A stretch of 59,655 nucleotides of DNA, filler included, from Sphacelaria rigidula (GCA_964200075.2; 9 parts of 9 records of this genome joined end to end with filler, not necessarily neighbours in it); one strand, 5' to 3'; counted from the whole stretch's first letter, positions 37,323-49,267 are shown. Made by a program: numbers and translations. The notes: generated by a model from the letters alone, not told the origin.

Positions 37323-38114
37323 CGATACGATTTAATTTCACTAAAACCATGCAATTTCCAGACGAGTCCTTATTCGTCCGACCCTAAAAAGATAAAAACG
37401 TGAAAACAATCGCTTGAGGAAAAAACTTAGCATATGGAAAAAACATGGAAAAAAAAAAACAGAGAAAAGGGAACTTTGCTTTGTTTCGACTCAAGAGTTA
37501 TAGATCATGACCCTCTCGACTTCTGCGCGATTGAGCACCAAGGCGAGTCAATAGTATGATACACGCTGAAGCCTAATCAGCCCCTGTAGATATGCACCCA
37601 GTGCGTGTTTCATCGAGCCGGCGCTTACTTGCCACGAGGCGAACTTCAACGTTTGGCGTCGATGATCATGGTTGAACACTTCCCATAGGCACTGACCCTC
37701 TCTTTTGCACCTTGATTCCCTGCTGCCTTGAGCGACAGGACGGGGGGTGCGAAGGCCGATCGATTCCATGCGAAGTATCCCTCCTTGTCTTCCTGATGAT
37801 GCACGTTTTCCACTCCCGTGCGCGATCTTCTGCTCGCCGGCGATGGGCGAGGCGACCGTTCCAGTGCAAGAGACGCGACATGCTTTCACACGTTTCCTAG
37901 TAATCTGTGGTGCTCGAGACTCACGGGAGTAGTCAACCGTGCTGATCGTGGTTTTTCTACCGACCAAGAGGAGAGTACGTAGTTCTACAAACAGCGCTTT
38001 CACACGGAAAAGCGGAATGTAATGGCTTTTCTATGTTACACCGTGGCTTGTGCAGTAATTGTCCCATACATGCTGTTCGCCCATGGTCAAAAGCTCAAAC
38101 CGTCCCACAACATG

Positions 38115-38441
38115 GAGGCTAGTTTACCGCCGTTGGGCTACAAATGTCCATGGTTGACACAATTTTACAAGTATCGCTACCACTAACCCTAACCCCAACC
38201 CAACGCATACCAAGAACCCTCGGACAAGGGCGGTACATACATTCCCTGGGCAATGTTCGGCGTTGGTAAACCCCAAATTGGCGCCTGTGGCGCCGATTTC
38301 AACGAAAACGCGTTCTGCGCACGCGAGGAGCACACGGGACTGTCAGCCCTACAGTACTGTAGTTCAATTCTTGTTGTACAGACTCAAATCAAGTCATATC
38401 AACCGTGGACATTTGCAACCCAACGCCGGTAAACTTTACTC
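38115..38441 (+). mobile_element. MITE of the shared-core / AAATCAAGTAA group, with an 8-9-bp TSD
   Basis: ~40-bp TIRs AGTTTACCGCCGTTGGGCTACAAATGTCCATGGTTGA / TCAACCGTGGACATTTGCAACCCAACGCCGGTAAACT. Flanks CACAACATG / CACAAGATG. Internal CTAACCCTAACCCCAACCC. Confidence 0.82.
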
Positions 38442-39093
38442 ACAAGATGACACCTTACTTGATTTTTCGTGCCCTGTCAACACCGAAATCGCTAGTGACC
38501 ACTCAAAAGGGCATGCTCAACGATAACTGGAACCTGGTCAGCGTCTCCACCCATTCCTCGCGCCTCTACGTTTAGTCGGACGACGTTTCTGCAACGAAGA
38601 TTACCGGCAAATCCCTAGAGGTTGAAACCGAACAAAACTGTATTCAGACTTCCCCGAACACCCGGGTCCGATCCCCTTGAACATTATCCTACGTTTGTTC
38701 CGGCGGTGACTGGCTGATGCCGCGTTTGAGAATAGTGCCAGAGAAGAGTGAATGTGCAGCCGCTGGAGTGTCTGACACGGTAAAGGATTTGTACTGATTC
38801 CTCAAATGGAAAGGAGGCAGTACGGGAAGGTGTTGTGCTACAGCTGATGTTGTAGCTCCAGTGGATGCCAACTGGATGGTGTTGTACTTTCTTCAAGTAT
38901 GTTGTGTGTCGGAATCTACCCTGGCGCAAACATCATTTATTTGTCGTGCGTTCCTTATCGCACCGCTTCAGTTGATCAGTGCCTGATCATGGTGCTGCCC
39001 TACCCCGTGAACCGTGAGCTTCGTCGTGGGACAACGCTTTTGTTGGCGGGCCTAGAGTCTGGAGCGTAGGAATGTGTTGGTTCAAGTTGAGGC

Positions 39094-39310
39094 GCACTGC
39101 AATGCGTGGGCGGACCGCGTGCGTTTTTGACCGCATCGGAGTTGAAATACCTCTATGGTTAGGGTTAGAGTTGAAGTTAGAGTTAAAGTTAGAGTTGAGC
39201 GCGGTCCCTGCGGGGAGTGGCCCGAGGGATCTTGCAAAACGTCGGTCCCGGGTTGTTTCAGACTCCAATGCAATCTAAACAGCATGCGGTCCACTCACGC
39301 ATTACAGCAC
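39094..39310 (-). mobile_element. MITE with ~55-bp TIRs and degenerate telomere-like hexamers
   Basis: GCACTGCAATGCGTGGGCGGACCGCGTGC...GGAGTTGAAA pairs with TTTCAGACTCC...GCATGCGGTCCACTCACGCATTACAGCAC. Internal GGTTAGGGTTAGAGTTGAAGTTAGAGTTAAAGTTAGAG. Confidence 0.72.
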
Positions 39311-39374
39311 AATGCACCGTTCCGAAGAGTTGGCTCATTGTCGTATATCTCAGGGGTACCTCTATTTCCACTTA

Positions 39375-39500
39375 CAGTAGGTGGCCCTGTATAGTGCGGG
39401 TTATATAGTGCGCCTGCCCGGTTTAATGCGACTGAAATCGCTTGTCACAGACGGAACCCGGTTTAGTGCGGGTGCCGCACTATAAGGAGCACCGTCCAGT
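39375..39500. mobile_element. Short Tc1/mariner-pogo-like MITE
   Basis: Starts TA|CAGT; GGTGGCCCTGTATAGTGCGG pairs with CCGCACTATAAGGAGCACC; internal repeated TAGTGCG. Confidence 0.55.
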
Positions 39501-39838
39501 TTTGTGCGTACTTGGACCATTGTGAGACCTAGATAGTGCGGGTCCCCGGCTGCAAAGGCTGTAAACACGCACACCACGCACAGTTCACACGTTTCCCCCG
39601 CACATACAGCAGTACATACTGCTGTACGCGGTCACTCGTCTGTCTCTCTGGGAGGGTTCGGGTTGGTGCTTGCATCCGCAAGGGCAAAATGCATAAGAAA
39701 ACAAACCTTTGAAAGCCTGTCACCTGCACATACCTGCCNNNNNNNNNNNNNNNNNNNNNNNNNNNNNNNNNNNNNNNNNNNNTTAATTAATTAANNNNNN
39801 NNNNNNNNNNNNNNNNNNNNNNNNNNNNNNNNNNNNNN

Positions 39839-39896
39839 CACAACTCAACCATCAGAAGGTTACGAGGTTACCAACTGAGCCACCGGAGCGACCGGG
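39839..39896 (-). mobile_element. SINE family 1 head fragment at the contig start
   Basis: CAGAAGGTTACGAGGTTACCAACTGAGCCACCGGAGCGACCGG matches ~49580-49624. Confidence 0.75.
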
Positions 39897-42052
39897 TGGA
39901 CAGTGTATCCACTATTATCGCATGTTGCATTATTTTAAACGCAAAAAGAAGGGGAACCAAGCAAGTCGCCCGAGCATAGTCATGATTTACGTGACACCAT
40001 TCCATGTACCGGCCACCTACCTCTCTCTCTCTGTAGACGTGTCGTATCGAAAGCGTTGCTCATTCCCCTTTTCAATGTCGTCGTTGCTCGTTGTTGTTGT
40101 TTGAGGTATATCCGTGGCGACGACCTTTTGTATGTACACGCTGCCTCTTTACCAAAGACAGCTATTCCGAACCCCAACAGGGGGGGGGGGTGCTCAAGCA
40201 AGTTTAGGGAGGCGGGGAGGGGGGATGCAGGCGTTCAAGGGGTTAAACCTGCTTGCTTCTTACCCCCATCATTTTTTCGACTTGTTTTGGCCCGCTCAAC
40301 TTTGGTGGATTTTTGTTTTTTTACTGGTACAGCAATTATATATCACCGCCATCAGGCCAGAATGTAAACCTGACACCTTGCGGTGACTAAGTAAACAGAG
40401 TCTTCTCTCCGGTATCGTCCATGTGAACAGGTAGAAGGAATCTTCGACAGACCCTTGTACGGGGTGTTATATCTTGTTCTATATTATCCCCGTTTTTAGG
40501 ACAAGGGTTGAAGTACAAGAACTGTATTGGAGTGAACCGGGGTCATGATCGAAATCACAGTATCGTGAAGGAGGGTTTGGTGAACTCACGGTATTTTTTA
40601 TGCGAGCAAATATCGTGTGTGTAGGAGTGTCAATGCGTTGTGTGCCCTTAGTCATGATCCAATTCATAGTCTCGTGCGGGACGATTTGGTGGAAGATACG
40701 GTAGTACTTATGCGAGGAAATATCTTGTGTGCGGGAGTGTCAATGCATTGTGTGCCCTTAACGATTGAACTATTGATCTATGTTTTCGTGTGAAACGAAA
40801 AACGGGTACCAGCTGGGCCAGCTAACAATGGTTGGTTTTCTCGCTCAGGCGACGCACGGCGCGATATTAGTTTAGGCGCTGAAATTTCGACAGAAGCTGT
40901 TAATGATCAAAATGCAGAAGTTCACGTGACCAGCAAAGGAAAAGAAAAAGTTGTGGGCATTTGAAATTTCAGCAAAAACAAGATAATGTTATCAGTCCAG
41001 GAAAAAAGGAAAATCTGCAGCTGGTCCCGTGATTTATCATTTCCTTGGGTGCAGAAGGTCTTCCTGAAATTTCAGCTGAAGAGTCGTCGAATTGGGCCGT
41101 GCGTGCAACATTTTCCGTGACGCTGCTGCACCCCTATAGTTCAAGTGATGGGAGACTCCAACTATGAATGTCATGAGTTCGAATCCCGACAGGTTCTCTT
41201 CTTTTTTTTCGTCTGTCGTTGAGGTTATACATAATGCAGTCCTTTTTTTTTTTCTCAGTTAGCGGCGGTGCCGTGTGTTACCAGGTTGGTCTGCACTTCA
41301 CAGTGACATGCTCACATCGGGTTCATTCGGGAAACTAGGAAAGCTGTGGTGTGACCAAGTTTTAGCCGTTTTTAAGCTGGCCCAGCTCGTAGCGCGCCGG
41401 CGAAAACCGGTGTGCTTCCTCCCGCCTTTGTAGAAATGTGAGGTCAAGGATCTCATGACTACGGCATTCAGAATCGAGAGCACACCACTTCCCCCCTCCC
41501 AGGCGAGGCTGTGATTTGATCCTTGATTTGTTTTACTATTTTCACTATTATTCTCATTCCTTTTCTGTGACGGAGGGCTTGTGAAGTCTCAGTAGAGCTT
41601 GTACTCGAGGCGCTCCGTTTTTTGGGAATAGGAATGTAATTGCGGACAAGAGAGTCCAGACCCAAGTTGTCGGAGTTGTGGTCAAGTCTCTCAGGCAAGG
41701 GTTGTTTGTGAAACAAACGTCGAAGTTCTCAAGCATAATAATGATAAAAAAAACATGTACAGTAAGTAGGAAAGCAGGATAAGCTACCTGTACTGTGCTA
41801 TACCGTATGTACCATCGAATGATACCGTACAGTAAAATTTAGCTGTAAGGTCATTTTATTCCTACGTCGTATTCTACTGTGTGTGCAGATCTTGCACCAG
41901 AGAAGGTACTCAGGGAATGAAATCGATCACATGGTCCACTCACGCGCAAAATGGAGTAGTAGCATCATGGCTTCACATACTTCACCGACACACATGACAT
42001 TGCTCAATGTGTTCCCCGGTGCTCAACCCCTAAAATGGCGGCTCACATCATT

Positions 42053-42312
42053 TCACGGTTCGGACGAATCATGGCCGGTTCGAATCACCAAATCCACGAT
42101 TTCTTAGGCCTGATCGCTCGAAAGAGAGAAAAAAGTCGACCGCTGGTACAAACAGGTCTCCACGCACCTTTCGCGCCATTCCACGTGGCTGGGCTGCGCG
42201 TACCTGGGTTGCATCGCTGGAAAAAAAGCCTAGGGGTTGATTCGTACGGTACGAACCAAGTACACTAAAATCAAGTAATTTCCGCACGAATAATTATTTC
42301 GTCAGGCCCTTG
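42053..42312 (+). mobile_element. MITE, copy of 11219-11473
   Basis: Identical left TIR TCACGGTTCGGACGAATCA, homologous body and ACTAAAATCAAGTAATTTC; the right TIR is eroded. Confidence 0.82.
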
Positions 42313-42554
42313 CGTCCTTTGTGTATAATAGTAAGTGAAAAATCCAGTAAATCCCCTCCCGCAACACGCGATGCACTCGACGCTCACGAACTGACACCGC
42401 CAACCCCTGGCGCTCCCCCGATACTGGCAGGCTGAACGAGGCGAACTGCGGGAGACAAATCCAGCTAAACGACGGTGTACCAGCCTACGTTGACGGTAGG
42501 TCAGAGCACTCAACGCCCTCAGCTGCAACCGCGCGAGAGGAGACGGGGAGGGGG

Positions 42555-42667
42555 CGTACTCATTCGTTGCTTGCCTTAGTCGTTAGACCGTTGACCACGC
42601 ATTCCTTTCGAGACAGAGCACCGTTCCTACTCCTCATTTAGAGACACCTCCAACATTTGGGTGCTCA
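42555..42667 (-). mobile_element. 5'-truncated 3' tail of the C-tract LINE
   Basis: GTACTCATTCGTTGCTTGCCTTAGTCGTTAGACCGTTGACCACGCATTCCTTTCGAGAC... matches the reverse complement of ~23310-23411. Flanked by GGGGAGGGG on both sides. Confidence 0.82.
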
Positions 42668-44066
42668 GGGCTAGAGGGGAGGGGAGTGTTTCGTGCTATG
42701 AGCTTGTATTGTACCTCTCCAGTGTATTCTTTCTCAGAAGCTGCTATTGATTGTTGTTGCGCATGTGTGGCGTTCGTAATCGTATGTTTTGTGTTTTGTG
42801 TATGTGTGCGTGATGTGACTTAAAGCCTGTTTTGTTATCTTTTTTTTGTTTTTGTTTCGTCGAGTCCGACGAGTATCCAAAATGGTTGTGTATGTGGTAG
42901 GTGGGTAGGTAGGTAGGTAGGTAGGTGTGTGTCTGTGCTCGCCTGCAGTGAGCGGTGTGCGCATCCAAGCCAGCCGTGCTCCGGTTCTGGCCCTTTGGTT
43001 GTTAATCTGCTTTGCGATGCACTGTGGTGGTACCTGCGTCATTTGAGTCGAGTACGGGCGTGTTTTGCTGATTCTTGTTGTATGACATTGGTGGGGTAGA
43101 ACAGCACCAGTAGAAAGACTGAGGGGGTGGGGGGGCGTACTCTAGTTCGTGCGCATTTTTGGGATGTAGATAGCACATATACGTTACTTGTCAAGACTGT
43201 CGTCCTGTTTTCCAAGTTTACGTTCTCTCTCCTTGATGACTGGCAGAGTAAGGCGCTGGTCGCGAGTGGGTGTTGTGATATTTTTGTTATGAGGCGGCTA
43301 TGGACAGGTGCCGTTGGTGACATGAGGCTGGTTCCCCTTGACGATTTATTCCCCTGAAAGTGTGCCCCCGATTTACCCTTACAGCTCGCTAACATACACC
43401 AGGGAATAGAAGAAGGGACAAGCTGGGGGGGTGTATTCGTGCGGTGAAGGAATCCCAGCTGCCGTGCGGACGGTTTCTTGTACACTAATGATATGATTCG
43501 GACGGTAGCACCAGGTCATTCGACTGCTGCTATTATCAAGCGACACATACGTGCATGCATGTGTTGGTTGAAAATGACGTATTCCGTAGGATATACCGTA
43601 GCGACGTTAGTTATTCGTGGTAATAGTGATGTACGCTCATGAAGATATATACATCGTATTCTATGGAATTAGGTCACAGAAATAAACTTGCTTTTCTTGA
43701 ACCTGTGTTTATTTTTGTGCTCGACCCATTGCGAAGTAGTATTTTTGTTACGTTATTAAAATAATGGCTTCTCGGGGTGCTTTCATCTTATTCTTTTTTC
43801 TTGTGAGCATGCTGCGGGCTCTCATCATTCATCATGGATGATGATGCGACGAATAATGAATAGCTCGACGGTGAGGCACGGCCAAAAAAATGTGGTTGAG
43901 CTCGTACACAAGACGTTGCATGGGTTTGTGCTTGTCTCAGTAATTGGCACGTGCCTTCAACATGCGAAAACGGGCAAGAGGCAGGGCGAGAGAAGAAAAT
44001 CACTTGACAGGGTTTTTAGTTTCGTCGTCTCCGTCGTGCAGCTCTGGGGGATGGGGGGGAGGGGGG

Positions 44067-44135
44067 CGTACTTATTTGTTGCTTGCCTTAGTCGTTTGAC
44101 CATTGACCACGCATCCTTTTCGAGACGGAGCAGCA
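44067..44135 (-). mobile_element. 5'-truncated 3' tail of the C-tract LINE
   Basis: Same tail sequence, flanked by GGGGGATGGGGGGGAGGGGGG and GGGGGATGGGGAGGGGGG (slipped TSD). Confidence 0.8.
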
Positions 44136-44769
44136 GGGGGATGGGGAGGGGGGGGGGGGGTCATGAGCAGCCGAGAAACTACATGGCCGTGGGAAGTGAT
44201 ATACTCCTGACGCAGATATTTGTACTTTTTCGTCGTCCTGGTTGGGGCACTTGGCAAAATATGACAATGAAGAGAATGACTGGGTACTGGGATAGCATCA
44301 TGACCTAGGTTTTTCTGATACTGTCACTGGCTCGGACTACTGATATGGTGATGGTAGTTCACTTTTTTTGTTTTTTTCCTTGGAGGAAGGAGGGAACCGG
44401 CCCAACACTTCCCCCGCAAGCGGGTCCATGTGTCGATTACCCGCAGGCTCGGCTACACCGCGGCAGTCATCTGGGGTAGGCGCCTCGAGCGTCCGCAAGC
44501 TTCGCTCAAGGCAGTGTGGGGTCCGGCCCACTAACCCCCCCCCCCCTGTCAAGTTGGCGCAGTGCACGCGTCGCCCTACTCTTGGGAGCTTTTGCCCTAG
44601 GATGGCATTTCACTTGTGCCTGCAGGTGTTGTGTACAGTGCCACTCGCCACTTGGCACCAGAGATGTGCTCCGCTCCGTCCACTCCGGATATCCGCCCCG
44701 TTTGAAAAACATCCGCGGATTTTTTTTTTCTTGGTATTTTGGACATTGTGATAGAACATGCTCTGGCCA

Positions 44770-45290
44770 TGAACGAGAACCCGCTCAAGTGGTGGGCGCT
44801 GAGAGGCGACCTGATGATTTGTACGTTAACAATGGCACTATGGAGATGCCGCCAACCCTAACGCTACCGCTAACCCTAACCCCGACCAAGGCATACCGAG
44901 AACCCTCGGGCAAGGGGGTGCAGAGTGTTCCCCAGGCAAAGTGTGCGTTGCCAGAGCTCAAATCGACGCCTTTCAGCCGGTTTTGGACCAAAAAACGTTC
45001 TGGACGAGCTGGGTCCACTGCTCACCTGCCCCAGACCATGAATTTTCTCAGAACTTTGTTCAATCTAAAATCAAGTAAAATCGAGTACCAACCATTGTTC
45101 ACGTACAAATCCTCAGCTCTACTGGGCGCTGAATGTGCACAAGTACCTGCTCATTGCGCATGTCCCTCGGAACGCCCTGGCTGTTCCGGCATCGTCAGGT
45201 CCCTCAGAGCAAGTGTTCTCGCAGAGTGGGCTTGTTATGACGCAGCGAAGAAACAGACTCAAGCTGGAAACGGCTTGAGACGCCGATGCT
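44770..45290 (+). pseudogene. hAT transposase C-terminal dimerization domain remnant, split by a MITE
   Basis: After removing 44803-45132 the frame reads MNENPLKWWALNVHKYLLIAHVPRNALAVPASSGPSEQVFSQSGLVMTQRRNRLK. This matches the hAT dimerization signature (PL.WW...YP.L...AR..L..PA.S...ER.FS..G.......RNRL). It is not in the supplied ORF track. Confidence 0.88.
44803..45122 (+). mobile_element. MITE of the shared-core / AAATCAAGTAA group, with a 10-bp TSD
   Basis: TGGGCGCTGA is duplicated at 44793-44802 and 45123-45132. IRs CTGATGATTTGTACGTTAACAATGG / CCATTGTTCACGTACAAATCCTCAG. Internal AACCCTAACGCTACCGCTAACCCTAACCCC and CTAAAATCAAGTAA. Confidence 0.88.
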
Positions 45291-45540
45291 CCTGAAGGGT
45301 TCTTGGGAGACGGCCGAGAAGATTACTCGATCAGCACTCAATTGAAAAGGACCCCACAGAGTCGTTGCCACCAGTAGACAGTGGATTCTCGAAAATGTGA
45401 TCGAAGAAAAATGAGGATCAAGTCAAAAGACGTGCTTTCCCTGACCTGAACTCATGACAATTGACTTCCATATGGACGTCCCCATTCCTTCCGACCTGCC
45501 TGAAACTATTTCGGGGGATTTCTAGCCTTCCGTTCCCCCA

Positions 45541-45638
45541 AAGGGTATGCGCAAAAGCACGATTTTCGGGCCAAAAGACGCGTCGTCTGTTTTTCACCCC
45601 GAAATCGAGGCAAAAGCGTGCTTTCGCACATACCCTTT
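45541..45638. mobile_element. ~98-bp hairpin / mini-MITE
   Basis: AAGGGTATGCGCAAAAGCACG pairs with CGTGCTTTCGCACATACCCTT. Confidence 0.65.
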
Positions 45639-46296
45639 ACTAACTAAGTAGATGGTCGTGATCTCGTAAATTGTGTCCTCGCGGGAAGAAATGAAGCAGC
45701 CGATGCGACTGGTCATGAAGCACATCACACGCCGTCTGTGGTTTTTAGTGGCCTTGCGAAAGGTCAAGATTGGATGTCCTGGCCGGACTTGGATTCCCGG
45801 TTTGCCATGGAAGGGCGTTCTCATTTTTGCATATCGCTGGCACAATGCGTGGATAACGACAACCTTCTTCCCTTCATTTAATTTGTGCACCTGACTCGTG
45901 AGACGTAATCCAAGACTCCACTACCCCTTTCAGACATACATGTGCGACATTCGTGTGGGTAGAGTTGAGGAGTATCCATCGTTCGTTTTCCTCGAAATCC
46001 GTCTGCAAATTGGACATCCGGACATCCGGATATTTGGCACTTTTTTCAATCCGCCGATCGATCCGGATAAGGCTGCGGGAAATCCGATATCCGCTCCGTT
46101 TGAAAAAAAAAAACGGAGCACATCTCTAGCTGGCACTTGCAAAAAAAGTCGTGGGTGCATGACGAGCTTTGACCGTGAACAACGACCCCGTGGCGTGCAT
46201 GGGTCCTTTATTTACTTTCGTTCCGTCGATCGCCAGCGTCGTGCGAAGGTACTGTAGGGGCAAGGGCGCTCAGAAAAAAAGTTCTGGACCAACACT

Positions 46297-46327
<31 letters not shown>

Positions 46328-46563
46328 ACCACCAAAAAAACATCTCCTCCCCTCACCCCAAATTTCTCTCTCTTTTTNNNNNNNNNNNNNNNNNNNNNNN
46401 NNNNNNNNNNNNNNNNNNNNNTTAATTAATTAANNNNNNNNNNNNNNNNNNNNNNNNNNNNNNNNNNNNNNNNNNNNCACGCTTTCCACGGTGGAAATCA
46501 TCTATTACGAAGAAAAAACCCAACACATCGGGAATCGAACCCCCGTTCGAGATCGCTAGGGGG

Positions 46564-46732
46564 TAGGGAGTACTCATTTGTTGCTTGTCTTAGTCGTTTG
46601 ACCATTGACCGCGCATCTCTTTCGAGACGGAGCACCGTTCCTACTTCTTATAGAGACGCCTCCAACATTTAGGTGTTCATTTGGTTTCTTCCATACATAA
46701 CACAAAAACATTTCACGTATCTTATCCCCTGG
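46564..46732 (-). mobile_element. 5'-truncated 3' part of the C-tract LINE
   Basis: Tail plus upstream homology to ~23241-23285. TCGCTAGGG occurs on both sides (46553-46561 and 46733-46741). Confidence 0.8.
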
Positions 46733-46759
46733 TCGCTAGGGTGCGAAATATAGCAATAT

Positions 46760-49160
46760 CTCTCCGTAGATTTGGCCATCTTCCGCTCACGATTCCGCTC
46801 GGATATCCTCCATGATTACGGACATCCCCACAGGCCATCTACGGCGCATATCATGGTGTCGGACAAGAGCGCTGCCGCCGAATGGGGCACGGCTTGCAGC
46901 GTGTGGCCTCTTGGAGACAGCTTAGACTTTTCTTGGCTCGACACCTGTGAAGAATGGTGAGCAACCCGCGCTTATTTTTGTTCGTGTTACGGTGCGTCTA
47001 CCATCGACGGAAACACCATGGAACGGAGTTTGTGTCCGAGGGGGAAAGGCGGAGAGGGTCAGGCGGGGAGTGCAAAAGTACCCGCTGTGAGACGGGACTG
47101 TTATATTGCACGTGCTGAGGGCCGCTCAAAGTGCTTGTAAAGGGCCCTTCATCGATCGCTCTCGGCTAGTTCGTTCGAAAGCCATTCCCGTGGCGTCTCT
47201 AGCCATGACATGTCCCTAGTGCACCTGATAAATTACGAGGCTCTCTTATGGCACTGGCACTTTATACGGCAGTGGTGCGCAGTTTTGTTTCAGCGTGCAC
47301 CTGAACCGTGTTCCACCGTTGGTGCTCTTGCCCATGTCTTTCAGGTACACTCACCCCGATCTGCCGGATCCATCCTCAAGCTGTACGCGAACGCGTTGCC
47401 TCTCGAGTGTGCGATAGCTGAGCACGATCTTCCCGTGATATCGGTGGAAGTAGGCGTACATTCTCGTGCGTCCAGATCCAGCCTTAGCACACACTGAACT
47501 CAATGAAGATCGCAGTAGCAAAGCAGTAGCAGGTCGCTGTACGTAGAATGGCGACCCAATGTGGGTAACCGCTGCCGCTACTCTCCAGTGTGAAACACGC
47601 TCTCTTGATGTAAGCAAAAGCTGCAAGCCTGCGTAAAGGAGGGATTCCTAATGCCAGGCTGCGATTTTTCCTCGGATGGAATCCGTGCGGGCAGGTGGAG
47701 ATCTGACTGGGATCAACCGAATACTCGAAGCGTGGAAGATTACCCGGAAAGGTGAGCCCCATCTTTGCCCTAACTCGACACTACAGCACGGAGCTGTCTC
47801 GCTGCGTTGCGAGTTCGAGGTAATCATGCTTTCGGAGGGTTCGGTCGCTGAGAGTGTGTAGCGAGCGGTGCAGTGGCTGTGTCCTCCCGGTGTCGGACAC
47901 TCGTCGTGTTCTTCAAAACTCTGTTTCCATCACCTTTTTGCCCCCCCACATGTAGTCTACGGAGCCCGTCTGGCTGACGAAGTTTTAGGTACGCTTACCG
48001 ATCTGACAATGAATGACCCCGTTGTCGGCGTCTCCGTTCGACTATAATGACGATGCCCGTTCGTTTCCCCTCCTGTCTGGATTCAATGTCAGGGAAGCAT
48101 TTTTTTGGCGCAACGGTAACAGCCTCCGTAGTTTTCTGGAGGAGGAACTAAAGGTCGACACGGGGTTGCCGGAAGCCATCAGGTGGGTGTTAAGATCCTG
48201 CGCTAGGAGTTCTTTTTTTCGGCGTAGCGTAAACCGGGCAACTCGATGTTGTACCCAGATGTAGATAAATGGTGGTACAGTCGCGGCACTCTGTTTCGTT
48301 TTTATTCCAGAGATACCTGTCCGCTTGTCCCCACCCAAACGACCACCTCAAGAGGTGCGGCTGGGGTGATTCGATTGAGTACTTGACTGTCGCACATCAG
48401 TTGATCAGGAACGAACCCAGCCGTGACCACAAGATGGGCGTACGTGGGAATACTCAATGGCAACACGCGCTAAGGGAAGATCGGAAATAGGAGGAAAATA
48501 AAGAAAAAGCGAGGACAAAACAGAGCAGACGAGAAAAGAAGAGGAGAGAGAAAGAAAAGAAAATAATGATTGCCCTGTACGCAGCAGCGCCCATGCTACC
48601 ACTGTGTGTCCGGCAGGTGTCCAGCGCACTCCGTTACTTTGGAGTACGAGTAATGCGATTCCTCTCCCCCCGAGGCGTAGGGTGCGTCAGCATCGTGCTT
48701 ACGGTCACTCGGTGCACCGTCATCATTTACAGGAAACCCGAATCCCTTTCTCTGACAATCCTACGCTCGGCAGGCGACGGCATGAAGTCCTGGTTCGCAG
48801 TGGCAAGTTTTCCATCGAAACGAGGCAAGCAGAAGGCATCAAGGGACAAGATATAATTGTCTGCGATGCATTCGTGTGCATCCCGGCATCTTTCGACCAC
48901 GCCGTGGGTTGGTCACTTGGGGTAAAGGCAATACGTGCCGACTCCAGCGAGCGTCGGGCTTGAACAGCGCGTGATGTTTTTACTTCAGGGTAAGCTAGTC
49001 AGGGGGGAACAGCTAATCAGTTCCCAGGGAGAGGGCTGGCGTAACCGCGGAAATCTTCCGTTGATCAGCATTGTACTGCGACACCAAATATCGCCGACCC
49101 TAGATTTTCGTCGGGAAGGGGAACACAACGCATTCCGATCTCTACGGAGGCGTTACTCCT
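46760..49160 (-). mobile_element. Highly decayed restriction-like-endonuclease (CRE/R2-type) non-LTR retrotransposon
   Basis: Minus-strand motifs in the expected order: DGKL-PL...CRRL (~48790-48830), SLTLNPD (~48080), LGIPPLRRLAAFAY (~47620-47650), and a zinc-knuckle-like HAASRAPFGGSALVRHHDMR (~46840-46905). Many frameshifts and an A-rich insert near 48480-48570. Confidence 0.5.
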
Positions 49161-49267
49161 AACAGAAGCTGTTGAGCGCCGGCGAAAACAGCCTATTAGT
49201 AGGCCCCAGACGAGATCTGCTCATGCAAGCCACGTGGATGTTCTTACGCAGTTTCTCATGCTGCATA

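Larger units (their letters stand above)
44659..46128 (+). mobile_element. Non-autonomous hAT deletion derivative with nested MITEs
   Basis: TIRs CAGAGATGTGCTCCG / CGGAGCACATCTCTA. Degenerate 8-bp TSD CTTGGCAC / GCTGGCAC. ATCCG/CGGAT subterminal repeats at both ends. Contains a hAT dimerization-domain remnant. Confidence 0.82.

Noticed and set aside
38181..38205. CCCTAA repeats as a true chromosome end
   Set aside because: Only 2-3 degenerate units, located inside TIR-bounded elements.
38689..38900. IQLASTG as a PIF1/Helitron helicase motif Ia
   Set aside because: No Walker A upstream or DE motif downstream; likely chance.
44810..44830. CTGATGA as a hammerhead ribozyme core
   Set aside because: It is part of a MITE inverted repeat; there is no GAAA core with stems I-III nearby.
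45700..45870. BED-finger-like TSNL text on the minus strand inside the hAT element
   Set aside because: It is on the opposite strand to the dimerization domain, the Cys/His spacing is incomplete, and it needs frameshifts.
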